64,000 nt of DNA from Phycisphaerales bacterium (GTDB taxonomy: Bacteria; Planctomycetota; Phycisphaerae; Phycisphaerales; UBA1924): the NCBI GenBank assembly GCA_965227775.1, contig OZ245777.1, positions 1,344,001 to 1,408,000 on the forward strand, written 5' to 3'. The notes below the pieces were generated by a model. It was not told the DNA's origin and made no database searches. It was given only the letters and a program-made list of their open reading frames with translations. The translations under genes and the position numbers were made by a program. Below, piece after piece: positions 43,277 through 52,817 of this stretch. Numbering within the stretch: position 1 is the first letter of the stretch; each line of letters starts with the position of its first letter.

Positions 43277-43984
43277 TTACGAGCGCTGCTTGCGGGGGTC
43301 GATGGCGGGCTTTCCGTCGGCGTATTCCCAGATCACCACGTCGAGGGTCTTCACACCCCACTGGAGCGCTGCTTCGTGGCTGGGGAAGAGGAGGTCGAGG
43401 CGGTTGCCCTTGATGGCACCGCCGCGATCGAGCACCGGAACGACCTTGCCGTCGTTGTAGCCCTCGATGCTGAGCATCGTGCCGAACGGCAGGAGGTCCG
43501 TATCGGCCGCGACGAGGAAGCCGCCGTTCGCATCGACCGAGTGCAGCGTGGCCGTCTGGCCATCTGCGAAGGGGTAGCACGAGGCGGCGTCGGCCGAGTA
43601 CGCGGTCACCTTCATGGTGATGGTGCGCGCCGGGCGGACAGGGCGGCCGTTGAACCAGCGCACGCTCGTATCGGGTTCGAGGCTGGTGCCAAGCGACGCG
43701 AACGCGGGCGTCGCAAGGGCGGCAGGCTGCACGGCCTGCTCCTGAACGGTTGGCTGGGCTTCGGGCGTTTCGACAGCGGCCGTCTGGGGCGGCGTGATCG
43801 AGGCCATCGGGCTCACCGGCCCGAGCTGCTTGGCGATGATGGCGGTGGCCACGGTCACGACCGCTCCACCGAGCCAGAGGATGCCCGCCGAGGGCCGCCG
43901 GCCGCTCACGGGCGCAGCGAAGGCGGTCATGTCCTGTATCGGGGCCGCGCAGGCCCCCGTCTCGCGCTCATCGCGCACGTTCAT
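43277..43984 (-). CDS. 3D-domain (MltA/Sps-like) cell-wall protein with N-terminal TM anchor
   Basis: MKVTAYS, VAADTDLLPFGT, LDRGGAIKGNRLDL (three Asp). Start uncertain (ATG 43984 or GTG about 44005). Confidence 0.9.
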   Translation of the reverse strand: MNVRDERETGACAAPIQDMTAFAAPVSGRRPSAGILWLGGAVVTVATAIIAKQLGPVSPMASITPPQTAAVETPEAQPTVQEQAVQPAALATPAFASLGTSLEPDTSVRWFNGRPVRPARTITMKVTAYSADAASCYPFADGQTATLHSVDANGGFLVAADTDLLPFGTMLSIEGYNDGKVVPVLDRGGAIKGNRLDLLFPSHEAALQWGVKTLDVVIWEYADGKPAIDPRKQRS

Positions 43985-44000
43985 GTCTTCGTTTTTTTGA

Positions 44001-44210
44001 AACACCACCGGTCTCCGCTTGCCGGCCGACCGGGCGAACGGGGCCACCACGCCCCGAGGCTCCACCCGATCTTCGATTGCGGTCCCTGGGGCACCACCCC
44101 CTGGGGACCGACCGGCTCGCGTTCTGGCCCACGGTAGGGGCCACCGGCGATCCGGTCAGCCAACGGTCAGTTCCCGTTCTCGGACGAGGTCGGCATTCCG
44201 CGTCCGTGGC
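44001..44210. ncRNA. Candidate sRNA or structured leader: hairpin chain with CACCAC loops
   Basis: Seven consecutive stem-loops, two with exact CACCAC hexaloops. Shares a 16-17-nt segment with the RNA candidate after mraZ. Confidence 0.5.
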
Positions 44211-44290
44211 TGAAGGCAAACTGCGCCGAGGGCGTCCAAAAGCGAGCTGGGAGCATCTGCGGCGGGCACTTTTCCCTACCGTTGGCCCGC

Positions 44291-45169
44291 ATGACCCCTA
44301 CAGAGATCTTGATCTGCCTGGTTATCGGTGCCTTGGCCGGCGTGTTGGGCGGGCTGGCGGGCATCGGCGGATCGATGATCATGCTGCCCGCGCTAGCCCT
44401 GTTCGTGGCCGACCCGGATCCCGACAGCGCTCACCACTTGTTCATGGCGTCTGCCATGGTGGTGAACGCCGTCGTGAGCTTTCCGGCGGCGCTGCGGCAC
44501 AAGAAGGCCAAGGCCATCCACTACGGCGCCCTGCGGGTCATCCTGCCGGCGATGGCGATCTCGATCGTCGCGGGCGTCCTCATCTCGAATCTGATTGAGG
44601 GCCTGACGCTGCGCAAGATCCTGGCCGGGTTCATCGCGGCCTACGCGCTCATGACCATCTACCGCTTCTTCAAGAAGAGTGACGAGCCCGAGCTGGACGC
44701 CAAGGGCGTGCACGCGGTTCGGCTGACGGTGATCGGCGTCGCAACGGGTCTTGTTGCCGGGCTGCTGGGCATCGGTGGGGGCGTGCTCATGGTGCCCATG
44801 CTGCAGGTCTTCTGCAAGATGCCCATCAAGAACGCCATCGCGACTAGCTCGGCGGTCATGGTGCTGACGGCGATCGTCGGCGCTTCGCTCAAGCTCGCGA
44901 CGCTCGGGCCCGAGCACCAGCGGAGCGTGATGGATGCGCTCATCATCGCGGCGGCCATCTCGCCCACGGCGTTCTTCGGCGCGCGGCTGGGGGCGACGCT
45001 GACGCACAAGCTCCCGCTCCAGGCCGTCCGCCTGGTGGTGTCGCTCGCGCTGCTGGTCGTGGCTGCCAGAATGGCGGCCGACGCGTGGAGCCAGCGCCAC
45101 AAGAGCGTGCAGGATCAGCCCGTGGACGCTCCGCAACGCGTCGAGCAAGCCGCGCCGGGCCCTGCGTGA
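44291..45169 (+). CDS. Sulfite exporter TauE/SafE family membrane protein
   Basis: Duplicated GLAGIGGS / GLLGIGGGVLMVP motifs, AIATS. Confidence 0.92.
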   Translation: MTPTEILICLVIGALAGVLGGLAGIGGSMIMLPALALFVADPDPDSAHHLFMASAMVVNAVVSFPAALRHKKAKAIHYGALRVILPAMAISIVAGVLISNLIEGLTLRKILAGFIAAYALMTIYRFFKKSDEPELDAKGVHAVRLTVIGVATGLVAGLLGIGGGVLMVPMLQVFCKMPIKNAIATSSAVMVLTAIVGASLKLATLGPEHQRSVMDALIIAAAISPTAFFGARLGATLTHKLPLQAVRLVVSLALLVVAARMAADAWSQRHKSVQDQPVDAPQRVEQAAPGPA

Positions 45170-45248
45170 GAAACCCCTTGCCGGCCCGCCGAATGCATGA
45201 ACAACGCCGTATCTTGCTCGGTTCGTTCCGTGCAAAGGAGCGTGTGCT

Positions 45249-46079
45249 ATGTCCATCGGATTCGTGAACAACGCCAAGACCGTGCTGCTGCTGGGTGCCC
45301 TAATGGGCCTGGTCATCGGTGTTGGCTATGCGCTGGGCGGGCCCAGCGCGATCCTGCCGGCGATCTTCATCGCCATCGTGATGAACTTTGTCGCGTTCTT
45401 CTTCTCGGGCCCAATCGCAATCAAGTCGATGCGAGGCCGCGAGGTGACGGGCGGCAAGCTCTACGAGATGGTCGACGAGCTGCGCCAGCGGGCGGGTCTG
45501 CCGATGCCCGAGGTCTACGTCTGCCCGCATCAGGCGCCCAACGCGTTCGCGACCGGTCGCAGCCCGAAGCAGGCCGCGGTCGCGGTGACCGAGGGCGCGC
45601 TGCAGTTGCTGTCTCCAGACGAACTCGAAGGCGTGATGGCCCACGAGCTGGCGCACGTGAAGAACCGCGACACGCTCATCAGCACGATTGCGGCGACGGT
45701 GGGTGGTCTCATGGGCATGCTGGCCTACGGGCTCTTCCTGTTCGGCGGGAATCGCCAGGGCGGCAACCCGCTGCTGGCAATCGTTGCCGTGCTGGCCGGT
45801 GCAGTAGGTGCTGCGATCATTCGGTCGATGATCAGCCGCTCGCGCGAATTCGTGGCCGATGCGGACGGCGCAAAGATCGCTGGCTCTCCCGACGGGCTCA
45901 TCGGCGCGCTCCGCAAGCTCGAGACGTACGCCAAGCGCATCCCGATGCATAACCCGAATCCTGCGCAGAACAACCTGTTCATCATCGAGCCGCTGACGGG
46001 CGGCAAAACGCTGAGCGACCTGTTCGCGACGCATCCGCCAACCGAGAAGCGCGTGGCGGCGCTGATGCAGGCCCGCTAG
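45249..46079 (+). CDS. htpX: M48 zinc metalloprotease HtpX
   Basis: PNAFATGR, HELAHVKNRD, SRSREFVAD, FATHPPTEKR. Confidence 0.92.
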   Translation: MSIGFVNNAKTVLLLGALMGLVIGVGYALGGPSAILPAIFIAIVMNFVAFFFSGPIAIKSMRGREVTGGKLYEMVDELRQRAGLPMPEVYVCPHQAPNAFATGRSPKQAAVAVTEGALQLLSPDELEGVMAHELAHVKNRDTLISTIAATVGGLMGMLAYGLFLFGGNRQGGNPLLAIVAVLAGAVGAAIIRSMISRSREFVADADGAKIAGSPDGLIGALRKLETYAKRIPMHNPNPAQNNLFIIEPLTGGKTLSDLFATHPPTEKRVAALMQAR

Positions 46080-48430
46080 TCGATGCCCAGTTCGCCCTCG
46101 CCCTGGCGATCGATCGCGACGTCGAGCTCGACGGTGCGGATCGGTAGGCATCGCTTGTCGTCGCACGCCTGATAGCTGACGACGAGCATGGGCCGGCCCG
46201 ACCACTCGCCCTCGAGCTCGAGCGCGACGGGGAACTCGACCTCGCCCTCGTGCACGAGCACCGCCTCATCGTGCGACCACGGCGTGCCCTTGGGGTAGTC
46301 GGCGTATACGCGCACGCCCGAGCCTCCGCGGACGCCGACGCGCAGGGGTGGAAGCTCAGTGTTGCCGGATTCGGCGGCGTAGACGTGCCAGCCGGGCATG
46401 ATGCGAACAACGAGGTGGAATTGCGCCGGCAGGTCGGGGCCCAGCGTCACGCGGTCGCCACTGGCGTAGATCTCGACTGGGGTAAACGAATCGTCGACGG
46501 GTTCGGGCATGGCCCGAACGCGCTCGAGTTCTGTGTCGATGACGCGCTCGGCGAATGCGTGGTCCTGCCGCATGAATCGCAGCAGGGCGGCGGTCGAGTT
46601 CGCGGTCCCCAGCGGTGAGTCGGCGATGGCCGGTGAAATGGCACGCAGGATGTTGGTCGCGTGGTCCATCACGCCGGTCTCGGGAGCAATCTCGTGCAGG
46701 GTCGCCAGCGCGTTAAGCAGCACGGAGTGCGCACTGGGCGTGGCGCCGTCGTAGGTGCTTCGGCCGCGGACGAACAACTCGGCGCTTCGCGTGTCGTAGA
46801 GGACGCCGGGTTCGTCAGCATTGCCAAACGCCGCGATCGTTGCGTTGAGCATCGAGGCCGCTTCCTCGATGCACTGTTTGGGATCGCTGGTATCGAGCAC
46901 GATGCGTGCCCGGGCGAGTTCGGCGAGTCCGTAGATACACCACGCGGCGTCTTCGAGGAAGCCCGCATCCGCGCGATCACCACCTCGCCAACTCCGGACG
47001 GGCAAGCCGTCGCCCGCGATCATGTGCTCGCGCAGGAATGCGGCGGTCCGATCGGCGTGCTTGAGCAGCGACGCATCCTGGAGTTCGATCGCGGCGGATG
47101 CGAACGCGTGGAGCATCATCGCGTTCCACGCGGCCAGGCACTTGTCGTCGCGCAGAGGCGGGTTTCGTTCGTCGCGAGCGCTGAGAAGGGACGCGTTGAT
47201 GTGGTCGAGCCGTTCCCGCAGCTGCGCGGCGTCCAGGTCGTGCTCACTCGCGTACTTCTCGAGTCGATCATCAAGACGGAGAACGCTTGCGGGCGCGGCG
47301 TCCGGGTGGTGGGGGTCCCGAAAGTTGGGGCCGCGGTCGAGGCCATAGAGGGAGACAGCTAGGTCGGCGTCGTCCTGGGAAAGCGTGGTGCGCACTTCGT
47401 CGGCCGTCCACAGATAGTTCAGGCCTTCCCGTCCGTCGACCTCGGCGTCGAGTGCGCTCGCGAATCCGCCGCTTTCAAGCCGCATCTCGCGTTCGGTCCA
47501 CTCTACGATGCGACGTGCCACGTGCGCGTAGCCGGCGTCGTCGAATGTACGCGATGCCCTCGCGTACGCGGCCAGGAGCTGCGCGTTGTCGTAGAGCATC
47601 TTCTCGAAGTGAGGGACGGTCCAGTTGGCGTCGACGGCGTAGCGATGGAAGCCGCCGCAAATATGGTCGTGGATGCCTCCGACCATCATGCGGTCGAGTG
47701 CGTAGCGGAGCGTGGCATCGGCGGCCTGCTTCGTTGCGTCGTCGGCCGAGTCGCGTGCCGAGAGCAACAGATCGAGGTATACCGGCTGTGGGAACTTGGG
47801 CGCACCGCCAAACCCGCCGTTGGTGCGGTCGACCATGGTCAGCAGCGTGCGCACGGCCTGGGCGATGGCCTGCGGCCCGACGTCGATGCGGTCACCTGCG
47901 GTGACGCTCAGGCCGTCGCTCACGGCTTCGGCCAGCCTGCCGGCTTGCTCCATGACTTCGTCTCGCTGCTCGTGCCACGCCTGCGAGACACCCTGGAGCA
48001 CCTCGAGAAAGCTCGGCCGGCCGTGCATGGGCTGCGGCGGGAAGTAGGTCCCGGCCCAGAATGGCTTGCCGGTGGCGGGCTCGAGGAAGACGCTCATGGG
48101 CCATCCGCCGCTGCCGGTCATGATCTGCGTGGCGGCCATATAGGCCTCGTCGATGTCGGGGCGCTCCTCGCGGTCGACCTTGACGCACACGAAGCGTTCG
48201 GCCATGGCTTGCGCAACGGCATGGTCTTCGAAACTCTCACGCTCCATGACGTGGCACCAGTAACAGGTGGCGTAGCCGATGCTCAGGAAGATGGGCACGT
48301 CGCGGCGGCGGGCTTCCTCGAACGCGGCGTCACCCCAGGGCATCCACGGCACGGGGTTGTGCGCGTGCTGCAGCAGGTAAGGGCTGCGCTCGTGGACGAG
48401 TGCGTTGGCTTCTCTGGTCTCAGGCGGCAT
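46076..48430 (-). CDS. YyaL/DUF255 thioredoxin-domain protein with C-terminal DsbD-N-like domain
   Basis: SPYLLQHAHNPV, CYWCHVMERESF, VPHFEKMLYDNA; C-terminal PGWHVY...YQACDDKRCLP. Confidence 0.92.
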   Translation of the reverse strand: MPPETREANALVHERSPYLLQHAHNPVPWMPWGDAAFEEARRRDVPIFLSIGYATCYWCHVMERESFEDHAVAQAMAERFVCVKVDREERPDIDEAYMAATQIMTGSGGWPMSVFLEPATGKPFWAGTYFPPQPMHGRPSFLEVLQGVSQAWHEQRDEVMEQAGRLAEAVSDGLSVTAGDRIDVGPQAIAQAVRTLLTMVDRTNGGFGGAPKFPQPVYLDLLLSARDSADDATKQAADATLRYALDRMMVGGIHDHICGGFHRYAVDANWTVPHFEKMLYDNAQLLAAYARASRTFDDAGYAHVARRIVEWTEREMRLESGGFASALDAEVDGREGLNYLWTADEVRTTLSQDDADLAVSLYGLDRGPNFRDPHHPDAAPASVLRLDDRLEKYASEHDLDAAQLRERLDHINASLLSARDERNPPLRDDKCLAAWNAMMLHAFASAAIELQDASLLKHADRTAAFLREHMIAGDGLPVRSWRGGDRADAGFLEDAAWCIYGLAELARARIVLDTSDPKQCIEEAASMLNATIAAFGNADEPGVLYDTRSAELFVRGRSTYDGATPSAHSVLLNALATLHEIAPETGVMDHATNILRAISPAIADSPLGTANSTAALLRFMRQDHAFAERVIDTELERVRAMPEPVDDSFTPVEIYASGDRVTLGPDLPAQFHLVVRIMPGWHVYAAESGNTELPPLRVGVRGGSGVRVYADYPKGTPWSHDEAVLVHEGEVEFPVALELEGEWSGRPMLVVSYQACDDKRCLPIRTVELDVAIDRQGEGELGID

Positions 48431-49412
48431 CTTTGCTCATCACGCGGACGACCATCGACGACACGTTCGCGCTCGCGAGCTCGTCGACGGGGGCGAGTTC
48501 TCCCGGCTCGCGCATTCCGCGGGCACGGGTGCCGAGGCGCTCGGTGGCCATCGTGCTGGCGTGCAGCACGACATCGACCGGCAGGGTGCTCAGCGTCACG
48601 CTGACCAGGCCGCGCATGAGGGCGGGCGCGTCATCGTCCTGGCAGGCCACGATCTCGGGCAGGTGCTGGTCGAACGCGTCCGCATAGCGGGCGGCGGCCT
48701 CTCGGGCTCGGGCGCACCAGGCCTCGCGTTCGGGCCCCGGGCCGGGCGTGCGCACGGGCGTGGCGTTGAGTCCCCCGACGACCGCGTCCATCGCGGCGCG
48801 CAACGCTTCGAGCTCGGGCTCGAGCATGTCGCGGGCGATGACGATGCTGTCGGCGTCGGCCTGCAAGAGCACGGGCATGACGAGTGCCAGGCGGTCGCGC
48901 TGCTTGCTCAGGCGCTGCTCGGCCTTCTGCACCACGCTGCTTGGCTCGGGGCGGACGACGGTGAGTGCGTGCCTCGCGGCGTATCGATCGAGGCCCAGCA
49001 TGACCGGCACGCTCACACCTGGGTCGGGGCCGGCCCGCAGCACGTCGCGCGAGACGGCTTGCAGGTAATCGTCCTCGTCACCGAAGAGATCGAGCCGCAT
49101 GAGCGGGCCGAGCGAGGCGCAGGCGGGGTCGGTGGTCAGCCGCTTCCAGGCGCTGGCCATCTCGGCGGCGGGATGGGCGAGATTGTCGACCGACGGCAGC
49201 ACGACGCCGGCTTCCCAGAGCGGCTGGCTCCAGCGCCAGCTTCGGATCATGTCGAGATACTCGGGCACGCGGTCGGCGGCCGAGCGGGCGGCGGTAGGGC
49301 TCACGCCCTGGGGCGAGGGAAGCAGCGTGTAGACCTGGTCTGCCAGCAGCACGGCGGCCATGACGGGCGCCTCGCGCGTGGTGAAGTGGTATGGGCTGAC
49401 CAGTGCATCCAT
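48420..49412 (-). CDS. Hypothetical protein
   Basis: 330-aa ORF tightly packed in a minus-strand operon; no motif recognised. Confidence 0.7.
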   Translation of the reverse strand: MDALVSPYHFTTREAPVMAAVLLADQVYTLLPSPQGVSPTAARSAADRVPEYLDMIRSWRWSQPLWEAGVVLPSVDNLAHPAAEMASAWKRLTTDPACASLGPLMRLDLFGDEDDYLQAVSRDVLRAGPDPGVSVPVMLGLDRYAARHALTVVRPEPSSVVQKAEQRLSKQRDRLALVMPVLLQADADSIVIARDMLEPELEALRAAMDAVVGGLNATPVRTPGPGPEREAWCARAREAAARYADAFDQHLPEIVACQDDDAPALMRGLVSVTLSTLPVDVVLHASTMATERLGTRARGMREPGELAPVDELASANVSSMVVRVMSKDAA

Positions 49413-49423
49413 CGACCGAGATC

Positions 49424-50662
49424 TTAGGGCGAGTCCTTCGCTTCCTCCCCCGGTGGCAGCCCGAGTTCGCCGCCGTCGACCCACTCGTTTACTTGGCCGA
49501 TCATCTCGCTCAGGGACATGAAGAGCATGACGTGGTTCGTGGGATACGAGCGGCGGACGGGGGTGATCCCGCTCTGTTCGAAGCGGTCGACCATGAGAGC
49601 GCTGGTGGCGTACGGCACCGCCTTGTCGAAGGTGCCGTCGACGACGAGCACACGGGTATCGCCGTCGAACTGCGCGGCCGCGTGGTATCCGTCAAGGGTT
49701 GCGTGCCGCAGGTAGGCGTGCTCGAAGGCGGCGCGATCGGATTCGTCTTCGAAGTCGAAGAACACCGACTTGATGAATTGCTTCATGAAGGTGCTGTCGA
49801 TGCTGATGCTGGCGGCGTTGGCCCCGCCGGCGACGAGGACGGCGGTCTCGTAGGCCTCGGGATTACGCGCCACGACGGCGGGCAGCAGGATGGCCCCGCC
49901 GCTGAAGCCCAGGATGGCGCGGGGCTTGCCCTCGAGCCGGCCGTCGCGCTCGATCATGTGGCGGATGCCGGCTTCGACCGCGAACGCGCACTCGGCGGTG
50001 CGGTCGTCGGCGTGCGCTGCGAACGCGCGGCCTTCCTCCGCACCATCGCCCGCTGCCACATCAACCATGATCTGCTCGGTGAAGCGTGATGGCTGGCTGA
50101 GTAGTCGCAGCACGCTCCAGCCGCGGCTGCGCAGGTCCTGCGACCACTTCTCGTAGAGCTCGGGCGGGTAGCCGAAGGTGCCGGGGATGATGACCGCGAC
50201 GCCGCGCACGCCTTCGGTGGTTGCGGGTTCGCAGGCCATCCAGGTGCGCTCGATGCCGTACGAGTCCGGACGAAGCGACACGAAGGCGATGGTGTGGACG
50301 CCGCCCTCGGGCTGGGCGGCTGCATGGGCGGGCGAGATCTCGAACACGAGTGAGTTGCGCTGCTCGGGCTCGACCTCGCTTGCACGCATGCCGTTCGCTG
50401 CGTCGCCGGCGCGCTCCAGCAACGCGGCGGCGTGTTCCTCGGCGCCGGGCACGATCGGGCGATCCATGAAGAAGCCGACCTGGAAGGACTCGTAGCGGCG
50501 CGGCTCTCCGCCGAGCGGAATGACGATGCCCTTGGAGCCAAGCTCTTTCTCGAACGCGCGGGCGGGCCACGATGGCGCGAGGGTTGCGACGTCCGGATCT
50601 GGCCTTGACAGCGCTCCGGCAGCGGACGCCAGGATGACGAGGATGGCAAGCAGTCGGCTCAT
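49424..50662 (-). CDS. Secreted alpha/beta-hydrolase-fold protein
   Basis: Signal peptide; GFSGG nucleophile elbow, GTFDKAVP Asp, TNH His; ATGA coupling with galE. Confidence 0.75.
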   Translation of the reverse strand: MSRLLAILVILASAAGALSRPDPDVATLAPSWPARAFEKELGSKGIVIPLGGEPRRYESFQVGFFMDRPIVPGAEEHAAALLERAGDAANGMRASEVEPEQRNSLVFEISPAHAAAQPEGGVHTIAFVSLRPDSYGIERTWMACEPATTEGVRGVAVIIPGTFGYPPELYEKWSQDLRSRGWSVLRLLSQPSRFTEQIMVDVAAGDGAEEGRAFAAHADDRTAECAFAVEAGIRHMIERDGRLEGKPRAILGFSGGAILLPAVVARNPEAYETAVLVAGGANAASISIDSTFMKQFIKSVFFDFEDESDRAAFEHAYLRHATLDGYHAAAQFDGDTRVLVVDGTFDKAVPYATSALMVDRFEQSGITPVRRSYPTNHVMLFMSLSEMIGQVNEWVDGGELGLPPGEEAKDSP

Positions 50663-51675
50663 GATCCGTATCCTTCGGGGTTGGCCTTCATCCATTTCCA
50701 CGCTGACTCGATGATGGCGTCAAGTTCGGTGATCTCGGCCTTCCAGCCCAATTCCTGCTGCACCTTCGCGGGGTCGGCGTAGAGAGCGGGCGGATCGCCC
50801 GGGCGGCGAGGGCCGATCTCGGCGGGGATGGCGTGGCCGGTCACGCGGCGGCAGCTCTCGACGATGTCCTTTACCGAGTAGCCCTTGCCGATACCGAGGT
50901 TGTAGCGGCGAGCCTGGCCGTCCTGCAGCTCGCCCAGCACGCGGATGTGTGCGTCGACGAGGTCTTCGACGTGGATGTAGTCGCGGATGCACGTGCCGTC
51001 GGGCGTGTCGTAGTCGTCGCCAAAGATTGTGATGGCGTCACGCTTACCCAGGGCGACCTCGAGCACAATGGGGATGATGTGGCTGTGTGGGTCGTGGTCC
51101 TCGCCCAGCACTCCCGTGCGGTCGCAGCCGGCGACGTTGAAGTAGCGCAGAGCTGCAAGAGCGAAGGGCGACTCCTGGCGGTTTCGGCCCTCGAGGAAGT
51201 CGTCGAGCACGCGCTCGCCGTGCAGCTTGCTCGCGCCGTACGGGCTGACGGGGGCGAAGGGGGCGTCCTCGGTGACGGGCATGCTCGGGGGCTGGCCGTA
51301 GACGGCGCAGGTGCTGGAGAAGACCAGCCGCTTGACGCGCGCGTCGCGGATCGCCTCGAGTAGGGGCACGAGGCTGTTGTTGCGGTAATATTCCAGCGGG
51401 CGGACGACGCTCTCGCCCACGAGGCTGAGGGCGGCAAAGTGCAGCACCGCGTCGACGTGGTGGTGCATCATCAGGCGTTCGAGGTGGCTGCGATCGGTGG
51501 TGTCGCACTCCTCGAACGAAAATCGGTCTCCGCCGAGCTGCTCGAGGGCCTCGACGGCGCCGCGGTTGCCTCGCTGCATGTTGTCCAGGCCGACGACGGT
51601 CTGCCCGTCCTTCAAGAGCCGCTGCACCGCGTGTGAGCCGATGTATCCCGCCGCCCCGGTCACCAGAATCGCCAT
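50659..51675 (-). CDS. galE: UDP-glucose 4-epimerase
   Basis: ILVTGAAGYIGSH, YGASK, LRYFNVAG, DGTCIRDYIHV; AGGAGG SD. Confidence 0.96.
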   Translation of the reverse strand: MAILVTGAAGYIGSHAVQRLLKDGQTVVGLDNMQRGNRGAVEALEQLGGDRFSFEECDTTDRSHLERLMMHHHVDAVLHFAALSLVGESVVRPLEYYRNNSLVPLLEAIRDARVKRLVFSSTCAVYGQPPSMPVTEDAPFAPVSPYGASKLHGERVLDDFLEGRNRQESPFALAALRYFNVAGCDRTGVLGEDHDPHSHIIPIVLEVALGKRDAITIFGDDYDTPDGTCIRDYIHVEDLVDAHIRVLGELQDGQARRYNLGIGKGYSVKDIVESCRRVTGHAIPAEIGPRRPGDPPALYADPAKVQQELGWKAEITELDAIIESAWKWMKANPEGYGS

Positions 51676-51776
51676 CTTGCCTCCTATCGTGGACCCCGCC
51701 GCGGCCTCGTTCTCTTTGGCCGCCTCGTCGGGCCGATGGTAGAGCCGGCGGCCCGAGGGCCCAGGCGACTCCGAGC

Positions 51777-52817
51777 ATGAGCAGCGAACCAACGTCGAAT
51801 CAGCCAGTACCCCCGACCGAGCCGGGACATATTCCCGAGCCGCCGGCGCGGCTGCCGGTTTTCCGGCTGCTCGTGGGCGGGGCGCTCATGGGCCTCGCGA
51901 ACCTGGTGCCGGGCATCAGCGGCGGCACGATGCTGGTGGCCGCGGGTGTCTACCGGCGGTTCGTCGATGCCGTGAGTGATGCGACGCGGCTGCGGCTCTC
52001 GATGGCCACGATCGTGACGCTCGCGATCATCGTGGTCGGCGCGGGTGCCGCCATTGTCCTGGGAGCGCGGCCCGTGGCCTATGGGCTCGAGCATGCGCGG
52101 TGGGCGATGTACGCGCTCTTCATCGGGCTGACGATCGGGGGCGTGCCTTCGCTTTACGCGCTGGTCAGGCCGCTCACGCCGCGCAGCATTGGCTTTGCCG
52201 TGCTGGGACTGGTCCTCATGCTGGGCGTGGTGTTCGTGCAGGAGTCCCAGGCGGGCGCGGGCGGCGGCGGCGGGTCCAACTGGCTCATGCTGGGCATCGC
52301 CGGCGCGGCGGGTGCCGCGGCGATGGTGCTGCCGGGCGTGAGCGGGGCGTACCTGCTGTTGCTGCTTGGCCAGTACGAGGCCGTCGTGACGGCGATCAAG
52401 GACCTGGCCCGCGGCGACCTCTCGGTGATGTCAACGGTAATCCCCATCGGCGTGGGCGTGCTCGCGGGCATCGCCGTGGTGAGCAACGCGCTGCGGTGGT
52501 TGCTGCACCGCTACGAGAAGGCAACGCTGGCGGTGCTCCTGGGGCTGCTCATCGGCGCGCCGGCGGGGCTCTACCCGTTCCGCGAGGCGATCGAACCGAA
52601 GCCGGGCGACACGATCAACGGCGTGGTGCTGACCGAGCAGACCGTGGGCGACGTGGATCGCGAGGACTGGCCGACGCGGGCGTTCACGCCTGGGGCCGTC
52701 CAGATCGCCGCGTCACTTGGGCTTGTCGTCGTCGGCTGTGCCGCCACGATGGGCGTTGCTCGATTGGGGAGGCGCGGCGAACGCGGGGCGGAGCCAGCCG
52801 CCGAAGCGCGGGACTGA
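51777..52817 (+). CDS. DUF368 membrane protein (undecaprenyl-phosphate translocase family)
   Basis: GALMGLANLVPGISGGT and AMVLPGVSGAYLLLLLGQY duplicated motifs. Confidence 0.92.
   Translation: MSSEPTSNQPVPPTEPGHIPEPPARLPVFRLLVGGALMGLANLVPGISGGTMLVAAGVYRRFVDAVSDATRLRLSMATIVTLAIIVVGAGAAIVLGARPVAYGLEHARWAMYALFIGLTIGGVPSLYALVRPLTPRSIGFAVLGLVLMLGVVFVQESQAGAGGGGGSNWLMLGIAGAAGAAAMVLPGVSGAYLLLLLGQYEAVVTAIKDLARGDLSVMSTVIPIGVGVLAGIAVVSNALRWLLHRYEKATLAVLLGLLIGAPAGLYPFREAIEPKPGDTINGVVLTEQTVGDVDREDWPTRAFTPGAVQIAASLGLVVVGCAATMGVARLGRRGERGAEPAAEARD

Noticed and set aside
44100..44170. c-di-AMP (ydaO) riboswitch resemblance (GTAGGG...CCGGTCAGCCAAC)
   Set aside because: The 5' GCTGAATCC and GGGGYGAA elements are missing, and the match is on the strand opposite to the 3D-domain gene.
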